DNA of 63,890 nucleotides, counting the filler, from an uncultured Methanosarcinales archaeon (GTDB lineage: Archaea; Nanobdellota; Nanobdellia; Woesearchaeales; CAYSVS01), in NCBI GenBank assembly GCA_964434475.1. It is 7 parts of 7 records of this genome, joined end to end, with 100 filler letters (N's around TTAATTAATTAA, not from the genome) between each part and the next. Parts side by side here need not be neighbours in the genome. Positions count along the whole stretch, not along the records: positions 40,373 to 49,607 come from CAYSVS010000051.1; positions 49,708 to 58,614 come from CAYSVS010000052.1; 5 more parts are not named here. The stretch is one strand, 5' to 3'. Positions 46,883-54,676 of this stretch are shown here, one piece after another. Every line of letters starts with the position of its first letter. Within the stretch, counting starts at the first letter, position 1. The translations under genes were made by a program, and so were the position numbers. The notes beneath the pieces were generated by a model, which did no database searches, had not been told where the DNA came from, and worked only from the letters and a program-made list of their open reading frames with translations.

Positions 46883-47383
46883 CTATTTCTTGCCATTATC
46901 TAATAAACCTCTAAATTTTTCCCTCATATTTTCAGCATATTCGCCAGCAATATTACTAATAATAACCTTGATTTTTAGTACAAAATCTTCTGCATCAGCA
47001 AGCAATTCTTGTGTTGGTTCTTTCGTCAAGTCATCTTTTTCAGTAGTCACGTAATACTGCTTGTCAATTCTTTCTTCTTTTGCATTAGAAATTATCTTGA
47101 ATAATTCTGCTTCATCAAATAATAGTTTTAATAATAGGATTGAACCTGAATGATTCTCTGATTTTATTCCCACTCTAAACAGGAATGCGATCAATGAATT
47201 ATACATTGCATAATAGGACATACCGACAGAATTTTCGTAAAGATCATTCTTAAACAACAATCCTGCTGAAGTCAAGCAATTCTTGGACTTTTCAAGATAG
47301 GAATCGCATATCTCACTAGATGGCTCAACTAATTCTATTTTTTCTTCTTTTCTTAGCTTACTCAAAAACTTGTTTTTTTTCAT
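46883..47383 (-). CDS. HEPN domain protein
   Basis: YL.KS...L.SA, SYYAMY, GIKSENH, R...QYY. Confidence 0.9.
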   Translation of the reverse strand: MKKNKFLSKLRKEEKIELVEPSSEICDSYLEKSKNCLTSAGLLFKNDLYENSVGMSYYAMYNSLIAFLFRVGIKSENHSGSILLLKLLFDEAELFKIISNAKEERIDKQYYVTTEKDDLTKEPTQELLADAEDFVLKIKVIISNIAGEYAENMREKFRGLLDNGKK

Positions 47384-47912
47384 AGAATTTCTCCGCCCCC
47401 CTTATTATTATGTGATTTTTCACGATTTCCTTGATTAAATTTGATTTGGTATCAAAAGAACCAATCTTGACTTTTATCCTTGAATTAACAGCTTCAACTT
47501 CTTTCTTGACATTCCTATTTTTAGTTTCAATATAAATATCAATATCACTACTTTTTTTTGCTATGCCTTTGGCGTAACTGCCAAAAAGAATTATGAGGTC
47601 TTCATCTGTTTTTTTTAATATCTCTTCAAATATGATACTTAATTCTGGGTATTTCCTTAACAACTTTGTCAGCTTGTGAGACTCAGCTTTTAGCACATAA
47701 TTTTTAGCAACGAAACTTTTCTTCAAAAAAAATATCTTGTTCTTTCCTTCCTTTCTAAAATCAATAACATTTTCCTTGACCAAGTTGTTTAGTTTTCTAG
47801 ATATCGTTGTGTGGGACTCATCCAAGCTTTTAGCGATCCCTCGTACATGAGCTTCTTTATGGAGTAACAATTCTATGATATCTAATTCCAAGTTGCCCCT
47901 CTTTTGAACCAT
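47358..47912 (-). CDS. HTH-fused minimal nucleotidyltransferase (MNT)
   Basis: HVRGIAK.L...H.TI; ILFGSYAKG....SDIDIYI. Confidence 0.9.
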   Translation of the reverse strand: MVQKRGNLELDIIELLLHKEAHVRGIAKSLDESHTTISRKLNNLVKENVIDFRKEGKNKIFFLKKSFVAKNYVLKAESHKLTKLLRKYPELSIIFEEILKKTDEDLIILFGSYAKGIAKKSSDIDIYIETKNRNVKKEVEAVNSRIKVKIGSFDTKSNLIKEIVKNHIIIRGAEKFYEKKQVFE

Positions 47913-48020
47913 ATGTACCAAAAATGCACCATAATTATATAAATGTTGTGTTTCCCTACAGAGTAACAAGTATGAAAAACTCCCCTTTGCTACTTGTTCT
48001 TGATGTGTCGCTTTGCTCTT

Positions 48021-48167
48021 TTGAATTAACGAAATCCCCCATTCTACGCACATATACACTCGCTACGCTCGAAATTTATCTGAAGTTAAATACAACTCTG
48101 CGGACGCAGTTTGACCCCACGTTGTAGGGTCAAAGAGTTTAATAGGACCCCGATGTTAAGTTCAATT
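48021..48167 (+). repeat. attC-like junction J5
   Basis: TTGAATTAAC (48021) pairs with GTTAAGTTCAA (48155); CGAAATCC/GGACCCCG; internal hairpins CTGCGGACGCAG and TTTGACCC..GGGTCAAA. Confidence 0.72.
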
Positions 48168-48280
48168 AAATTTAAGTTTATAGATAATAAAAAAGGGAAT
48201 TCTCTCTAAAATGAATAGGCAAGAATTTAATCGAAAGGTTTATATATAAGTAATTATATATTGACTATAGGTGATATATA

Positions 48281-48505
48281 ATGACTGCAACCACAATACA
48301 ATTAGATAAAGAATTAGTAAATTCTCTTAAAGATGTAAGAGAATATCCTAGACAAACCTATAATGAATTAATCAGCAGAATGGTCGAAGTTTTTAAGAAT
48401 ATTAAAAAAAAGAATCAATACGATGAATTTCTTCATAAGATCCAGCAAGTTAAAATGAAAGAATTATGGGACAATGAAGAAGATGAGGCTTGGAAAAATG
48501 CTTAA
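48281..48505 (+). CDS. RHH-type antitoxin
   Basis: TTIQL...L...LK....YPRQTYNELI; C-terminal MKELWDNEEDEAWKNA. Confidence 0.8.
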   Translation: MTATTIQLDKELVNSLKDVREYPRQTYNELISRMVEVFKNIKKKNQYDEFLHKIQQVKMKELWDNEEDEAWKNA

Positions 48506-48812
48506 ACCCGGAGATGTTGTTTTAACAAGAATCCAATTTGCTGATACTTTTGAAATAAAAACAAGGCCTGCTGTAATCTTATTTGAAGAATTTGATAACT
48601 TTATTGTTGCAGGTGTAACAAGCAACAAGTCTATGAAAGGTATTTCTTTAACTAAAAAAGAAGGCGCGATTAAAGATAGTGTTATCAAATTAAATTATAT
48701 TTTTACAATATCTAAGATTATGATCGATAAGGCGTTATTCTCTTTGACAAAAGAAAAGAAAAAGATTGTTTTCGATACACTTGTTGAGAAATTAGAAGTA
48801 TTAAAAGATTAA
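48498..48812 (+). CDS. MazF/PemK-family toxin
   Basis: KPGDVVL..IQF.DT.E.KTRPAVIL....AGVTSN. Confidence 0.88.
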   Translation: MLKPGDVVLTRIQFADTFEIKTRPAVILFEEFDNFIVAGVTSNKSMKGISLTKKEGAIKDSVIKLNYIFTISKIMIDKALFSLTKEKKKIVFDTLVEKLEVLKD

Positions 48813-48979
48813 ATTCTTGCCCTTTCTTCTTTTATTTTTCTTACTTAATTTATCTAATTTTTTCAATAATTATTCATCAATTTCTAAAAAATACATTTTA
48901 GAGATTCAATCTTTTTCTAAGATTTTTAGTAGTTCCTACATGAATTTTTCTCTGCTTCATAATATGTTTAGCTTTTTTG

Positions 48980-49064
48980 ATATATTCGGGTCTCAATTCA
49001 GGCTCTAAAAGACCCTATGTTAAGTTCAATTTTTTCAGGAGCTATTAGTTAGAATAGGGCACAC
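48980..49064 (+). repeat. attC-like junction J6 plus cassette left arm
   Basis: GGGTCT/AGACCC hairpin; GACCCTATG|TTAAGTTCAATTTTTTCAGG..AATAGGGC. Confidence 0.65.
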
Positions 49065-49607
49065 TCAACTTAGATATGATAATCCCGCATAAATACACAG
49101 CAGAAATAATCAGCACAATTATAGGACCTGTTGCAAAATTCAAATAATACGAAATAAACAATCCTGAAATGCTTGCAAACAAAGTGATTAAAGAAGAAGT
49201 TAGCATTATTTTCTTGACTGTCTTATGAAATAGTTGAGCAGTAGCAGCTGGAATTGATAATATAGCAATCATAAGAACAATTCCAACAACCCTTATGGTA
49301 GCCACTATTGTCAATGCTACCAATACAAAAAGTATCATATTAACTAAAGTGACAGGCATATTTCTTGTTTCGGCATATTCTTCATCAAATGTAACCGCCA
49401 AAAATGAATTATACATCAAATAAACTATTGCTAGTATAATTATATCTAAGAAAAGAATTATATAAAGATCAAATTTTGATACCAGTAAAATATTCCCGAA
49501 TAGGTAAGTAAACAAATCTGTTGCATAGCCAGGAGTTAAAAAAATAAAGACCAAACCAATAGCCATTCCTGTTGCCCATAAAAAACTAAGCAGAGTATCG
49601 ATTCTAT
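49045..49607 (-). CDS. Zn/Mn ABC transporter permease (ZnuB-like), 5' part missing at the contig end
   Basis: YLFGNIL, TFDEEYA, IRVVGIVL..A.L.IPAATA, G.IIVL. Confidence 0.9.
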
Positions 49608-49852
49608 NNNNNNNNNNNNNNNNNNNNNNNNNNNNNNNNNNNNNNNNNNNNTTAATTAATTAANNNNNNNNNNNNNNNNNNNNNNNNNNNNNNNNNNNNN
49701 NNNNNNNATGGACAAAACCCATTTTATTCTTTAAAAGCTCTAATCTAAGCTATGCACATACGGATGAATTGTCCTTTCTTTTAACTGAATTTAGGCAATT
49801 AAAGTTATATTAACAGAAAACTATTTATAAAGGAATATATGGCATATATAAT

Positions 49853-50245
49853 ATGGAAGAAAAAGAAATGATAAAAAAAACATTTGCCAATGATCTTATG
49901 GCTTTAGGAGGACTGCCACTCTATCTTATATTAATAGTTAGAGCGATAATAGGACAATATGCTCCTTTTATAACACAGCTTGTTATAGGCTTGATAGGAA
50001 TTTATATGTTTTCAATGATATTCAAAGAATCAAATAAATACATAGCAAGGGCTTTTGTTTTGGTTATATTCACATCTTATTATTATAAAGAATTTCTATT
50101 TACAACAATGGTGAGCATAATCTGGATATTCATGATATTTGCGGCATACTATCTAAATCAAAATAAGAAAAAGATTATATATGGAATATTTTCAGGGATA
50201 ATATTCTCTATCATCAGTTATTTTATTACAAATTTGATAATATAA
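49853..50245 (+). CDS. small membrane protein (PAP2-like topology)
   Basis: DLMALGG..Y.I...RA.IG; 4-5 TM segments. Confidence 0.7.
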   Translation: MEEKEMIKKTFANDLMALGGLPLYLILIVRAIIGQYAPFITQLVIGLIGIYMFSMIFKESNKYIARAFVLVIFTSYYYKEFLFTTMVSIIWIFMIFAAYYLNQNKKKIIYGIFSGIIFSIISYFITNLII

Positions 50246-50259
50246 TCCACTTTAAGAGT

Positions 50260-51033
50260 TTACTTAAGAAGTTTTATTGTCTTTATCGCATCTCCTACAG
50301 GATTAGGAGACTCGTTTATCAATGTTATGTCGAGCTTATATTTTTTTATATATTTCAACAGTTCTTTAATCTCTTTTGTATCAGTTATAAGATGTCTTCT
50401 TTCACCTTTCTCAGTATACTCTATTCCTGAAAAATGTGCATGGATGTGCTTTCCGAAACTTCTCAGTTTTTTCATCACATCATCATAATCTATCTTACCG
50501 TTATTCCTTGCTTTTATGTGAGCAAAGTCAATAGTGAAATGGCATTTAGTTTCTTTTGCAAGTTTAAGAAGTTCATCCAAGGAGCCAAATTGAGATCTTT
50601 TGCCTGTAGTCTCTGGTGCAAGCTTTACTCTCCAATTTTTTTCTTTTATGACTTTTTGCATATCGATTATCTCTTTCTTTACCTGTTCATAGCATTTTTC
50701 TGGACTTGATTTGCCGTAAAAAGCAGCATGAAATACAATATACTTTGCACCTAAAATATTACCTGTCTCACAGCATTTCAATATCCTTTTTTTACTGGCT
50801 TCAATCTTCTTCTTATCATCACTATCTAAATTGATATAATAAGGAGCATGTATGCTTAGATCAACATCCTTAACTTTTGCAAATTCTCCTATTCGCAGGG
50901 CATCCTTTTTTTTGAGATAGACACCATAAGTAAATGCTATCTCTACTGCTTTCAGTCCACTCTTTCGATAATGCTTAATATTATCTTTAGCTTCTTTTGC
51001 GCCGCCTATCCCGGCAGGTCCTATTTTTATCAT
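50260..51033 (-). CDS. nfo: endonuclease IV / AP endonuclease 2 family
   Basis: SIHAPYYINL, VFHA, PETTGK.SQFG, IDFAH..AR, H.HFSGIEY..KGERRH, INESP. Confidence 0.9.
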   Translation of the reverse strand: MIKIGPAGIGGAKEAKDNIKHYRKSGLKAVEIAFTYGVYLKKKDALRIGEFAKVKDVDLSIHAPYYINLDSDDKKKIEASKKRILKCCETGNILGAKYIVFHAAFYGKSSPEKCYEQVKKEIIDMQKVIKEKNWRVKLAPETTGKRSQFGSLDELLKLAKETKCHFTIDFAHIKARNNGKIDYDDVMKKLRSFGKHIHAHFSGIEYTEKGERRHLITDTKEIKELLKYIKKYKLDITLINESPNPVGDAIKTIKLLK

Positions 51034-52223
51034 TTTATTATGTTAGTCCTTAAAAAATATTTAGAAAATTTGATGACTACAGTAGAAAGCAAGATACTAT
51101 AAAGCATAAACAATAATGTAAGATCAAGTAATGGTTTAAGCCCAGGAATAGCCATATTTATCAACAAAGCTGCAACAACCGCTGTCGCTATCCCTTTGGG
51201 CATATTAAGCGTCATGAAGATACGTTCCTTGAAATTTGCCTCTTTTGGATTAAATGATAATTGCACTGATAAAAACCTGACCAATATATAGACAAGGAAC
51301 AACAATATTGATTTCATTAAAAACATAGGATCCCTTGGAATAGTTATAAGCAATCCAACAAATACAAAAACTAATATCTCCAGTATAATAGAAAATAACT
51401 TAGAAAATTCCAATAACGCTATCTTCTGCTTTATAGTTACGTTTGCAAATATTATGCCTGCAACAGTTACACTCAATACTCCATTACCTCCTAAATTCTC
51501 TGCAAGGATATAAGATACTAGAGCAGTAGAGATAACAGCCAAAGGTGATAACTTTTCTGAATAATATCTCCTCATAACCTTAAAAACAACAATCGCGATT
51601 ATCAAACCAACGCCTGCACCTGTAAATATCTGAAGCAGAAAAGGCTGAAAATATTCGATAGCGACATCAAAAATCTTCTGCGACTGTACAGTATTTATGA
51701 AATCTATGATTATAAAAGGCAGCAATACAATTATAGGTGTATTTATGATAGATTCTAGCTTCAATAATTCTATAATCTTATTTGTCGTATCCTCTACCAT
51801 GCTCATTACAACATCAGGAGCAGTTCCTGCCATCAATGCAGCGAACAATAAAGCATATAATATAGGTGAAGAAGGAAAAAAAAGGTATGTTGCAAAGGTC
51901 ATAAATATAAGCGTAAGCACCAAAAATATTCCTGTCAACTGCAATGCGTTTGTAGAAAAAGTATCAACTTCCTTGAAACTTAACCTTGAACTTGAATCAA
52001 AAACTATCATAACCAACGCTAGTATAGATATGCTCGTAGTGAAAGCTACAGGAAACTGTATCAAAGGTGCTCCTTTATAATAAATATTATTTAAAGCTAT
52101 ACCTGACAACAGCAATAAAAACACATTAGGAATCTTCAGTTGATTAGCTATTACAGAACATACTAAACCTATCAGTAATACAATAGCAAAATAAGTTAAA
52201 CTCAAAATAGGATCTGTCAACAT
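51030..52223 (-). CDS. cation:proton antiporter (CPA1/NhaP-like)
   Basis: About 12 TM; LKLESIIN, AE.LGGNG.L, PKG.A.AV. Confidence 0.85.
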   Translation of the reverse strand: MLTDPILSLTYFAIVLLIGLVCSVIANQLKIPNVFLLLLSGIALNNIYYKGAPLIQFPVAFTTSISILALVMIVFDSSSRLSFKEVDTFSTNALQLTGIFLVLTLIFMTFATYLFFPSSPILYALLFAALMAGTAPDVVMSMVEDTTNKIIELLKLESIINTPIIVLLPFIIIDFINTVQSQKIFDVAIEYFQPFLLQIFTGAGVGLIIAIVVFKVMRRYYSEKLSPLAVISTALVSYILAENLGGNGVLSVTVAGIIFANVTIKQKIALLEFSKLFSIILEILVFVFVGLLITIPRDPMFLMKSILLFLVYILVRFLSVQLSFNPKEANFKERIFMTLNMPKGIATAVVAALLINMAIPGLKPLLDLTLLFMLYSILLSTVVIKFSKYFLRTNIIK

Positions 52224-52282
52224 TATAACCTCTTTTTAATTTAATCATCAATAATCTAGTATATAAAGTTATCTGTAATATC

Positions 52283-52410
52283 GGCTCTAAAGAAAATGTG
52301 AATTTAACCAAATAAAATATGTCAAGTTGTAAAACAATACTTTTCAGCTCAGGACACTACCTAAACTTATGTATATGAGCTGCAATGGGCAAGACTGTTT
52401 CTACAGAGCC
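52283..52410. mobile_element. 128-bp MITE-like remnant of IS type D
   Basis: TIRs GGCTCTAAAGAAA / TTTCTACAGAGCC; right 21 bp identical to 20901-20921. Confidence 0.7.
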
Positions 52411-52454
52411 GAAATAGCAAACATTTTATATATATTAGATAATATGTTTTTAAT

Positions 52455-53693
52455 ATGGAATTGTTGAATAAAGTATTGAAAAAAAACTTACCCAAGAATG
52501 ATGCAGAAAAAAAAGCGAATGAAATAGTCAAAAGAATAAACTCTGAACTAGCTAAACAAGAGATAAAAGCTAAAGCTATGCTAGGCGGAAGTTTGGGCAA
52601 AAACACACATCTAAATAATTTTGACTGCGATATATTCGTTAAGTTTGACTTAATGTATAAGAAAAAAAGTCTAAGCGAGATGTTAGAAAAAGTTTTGATT
52701 AAGCATAAGCCAACAAGAGTGCATGGCTCAAGAGATTATTTCCAGTTCAAACATAAGGGAATGGATTTCGAGATTGTACCAGTATTGGACATAAAGCATG
52801 TAAAGAATATTGTTAATGTTACTGATATGAGTCCTTTTCATGTCGATTGGGTAAACAAGAATATCAAAAAACTTAATGATGAAGTTAGGCTAGCTAAATT
52901 ATTCTGTAAAGCGAACTATGTTTACGGAGCAGAAAGCTATATTCAGGGTTTTTCAGGATATATCTTAGAAATTTTAATTATTAAGTATGGCGGATTCTTA
53001 CAAATGTTAAAAGCTATAAGCAAGTGGAAACCAAAACAAGTTATAGATATAGAACATCACTTTAAAAGAAATGATGCTTTAAACATATTAAATTCAAGCA
53101 AAACGCATGGACCTTTGATTATCATCGATCCTGTTCAGAAAGACAGGAATGCAGCAGCTGCTTTGAATACAGAAAAATTCAGTAAGATGATATTATTAGC
53201 AAAATTATTTTTAGACAGTCCTGACAAAAGCTTTTTTGAAAAAAAGAGGTTTGATGTCAAAGAGATAAAGAAAGAGGCTAAAGAAGGAGGATATGAAACT
53301 ATAATCCTGAAGGTAAAACCTTTGGAAGGCAAAAGAGATGTTGTCGGCACAAAAATATTAAGAGTGATGAATCTTATCAAGAAACAAATAGAATTGAATG
53401 AATTCAATGTGTTTGATAATGGCTTTGATTGGGAAGAAGGAAAAGATGCTGTAATCTGGTTTTTGATATGGCCAAATAAACTGCCAAAATACAAAAAACA
53501 TCAAGGTCCTAAAGTTTATTCTGACAATAAGAATGTTTTTAATTTTATAGACAAACACTCTGAGATAATGCTTAAGGATTATACAATTTATGCTAAAGTA
53601 AAAAGAAAATATATTGATGTGAAAAGTTTAGTTAAAGCTATAATCAAAGAAGATTTTATCAAAGATAAGGTTAACAAGATTAATCTTCATTGA
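52455..53693 (+). CDS. cca: CCA-adding tRNA nucleotidyltransferase (class I)
   Basis: GGS.GKNT.L...DCDIF, HGSRDY, D.SPFH, YGAE....GFSGY..E, IDPV...RN.AAAL. Confidence 0.95.
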   Translation: MELLNKVLKKNLPKNDAEKKANEIVKRINSELAKQEIKAKAMLGGSLGKNTHLNNFDCDIFVKFDLMYKKKSLSEMLEKVLIKHKPTRVHGSRDYFQFKHKGMDFEIVPVLDIKHVKNIVNVTDMSPFHVDWVNKNIKKLNDEVRLAKLFCKANYVYGAESYIQGFSGYILEILIIKYGGFLQMLKAISKWKPKQVIDIEHHFKRNDALNILNSSKTHGPLIIIDPVQKDRNAAAALNTEKFSKMILLAKLFLDSPDKSFFEKKRFDVKEIKKEAKEGGYETIILKVKPLEGKRDVVGTKILRVMNLIKKQIELNEFNVFDNGFDWEEGKDAVIWFLIWPNKLPKYKKHQGPKVYSDNKNVFNFIDKHSEIMLKDYTIYAKVKRKYIDVKSLVKAIIKEDFIKDKVNKINLH

Positions 53694-53843
53694 AATCTAT
53701 TTTGCTTCCATCTAAATTGAAATTCTTAGTATGGTAAATATTGATTCAATCATGGCCAGGATGCCAATCAGATATATCGAATTCCTGTTTAAGGTTCATA
53801 CCAAAAGGTAGCTGTAAATAACCTAATCTATGTTCCCTTTTTA

Positions 53844-54131
53844 TTATGCCTTTATCTGGTTTTGACATATCCTTAAATTGTATCTTCCGATAAGAATCAC
53901 ATATATACCTCCTGCTACAAAATCAAACTTACAGTAATGTATAGGGTCTACAACATGACCTCTCTTCTTATGCAGTTTATCAAAGCAGCCATCATTCTTT
54001 ATCCAACAACCAATGTTTTTTCGGTCATCATCCTTAAACTCAACTTTCCTGTAAATCGGAACAAAAAATTCAACAGGACATAAATCATCTGATTCTTCTC
54101 TGCAGATATCTTTACAACCTGGAAGCTCCAT
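53844..54131 (-). CDS. small Cys-containing hypothetical protein
   Basis: 95-aa ORF among short or broken ORFs. Confidence 0.4.
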   Translation of the reverse strand: MELPGCKDICREESDDLCPVEFFVPIYRKVEFKDDDRKNIGCWIKNDGCFDKLHKKRGHVVDPIHYCKFDFVAGGIYVILIGRYNLRICQNQIKA

Positions 54132-54418
54132 AATCCTTGTAAAAGTATAATCAGGAGAATATAGTGGAAAATTTTTTCAGTCTTTTTCAAAAATAAAAAC
54201 AGTTTAGTAGAACTCGCTGTGATTCCGTCCATACAAAACTATTTTCTTTTCCAATCCATCTTCTAACTTGAATATTGACAACTCTTGATGGTTCCAAAAG
54301 CATTTACCAATATCTATGTCTTTTGTTTTTATTATATAATAGTTTTGACCATATCGCATACCCCGTGTTTATCTTTTGTATAGGATAATTTACAGTAATT
54401 ATTGTAAAGAAGAACAGA

Positions 54419-54676
54419 TTATTTCTTTTTCGCAGTTATATCTATTACATTGTCGTCTATGGGTTTGTGTTTTTTTATATTGTCATGGAAAGCATCTTTA
54501 TTTTTCCATAACAAAAACCTAAACAAAAAATATACAGACAAGGGTATTATTATGAACACAAATATAAAAAACCAAAGCAGCATCCTGAAAAATGCCAGAA
54601 AACCAAAAAAACCTATGAAAAGAATTACTGCAAGCCAGAACCAAAAGCTTGAGAAGTTTAACCGGTATATTTTCAT
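54419..54676 (-). CDS. small membrane protein coupled to topA
   Basis: ATGA overlap; two TM segments; C-terminal VIDI. Confidence 0.65.
   Translation of the reverse strand: MKIYRLNFSSFWFWLAVILFIGFFGFLAFFRMLLWFFIFVFIIIPLSVYFLFRFLLWKNKDAFHDNIKKHKPIDDNVIDITAKKK

Larger units (their letters stand above)
40450..49607 (+). mobile_element. gene-cassette array (integron/CALIN-like) with cassette-specific inverted repeats
   Basis: Six junction motifs ending in ATG|TT; unrelated accessory cargo; inverted repeats bracket the cargo units. Confidence 0.75.

Noticed and set aside
40552..49022. Junction motifs read as a CRISPR array
   Set aside because: Spacing is 0.8-5 kb with whole genes in between, the repeats are degenerate, and there are no cas genes.
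40241..49772. Possible fifth IS family (CAACTTCATCTG at 40243 vs inverse of CGGATGAATTG at about 49761)
   Set aside because: The match is too short and gapped to call, although both lie near contig ends.
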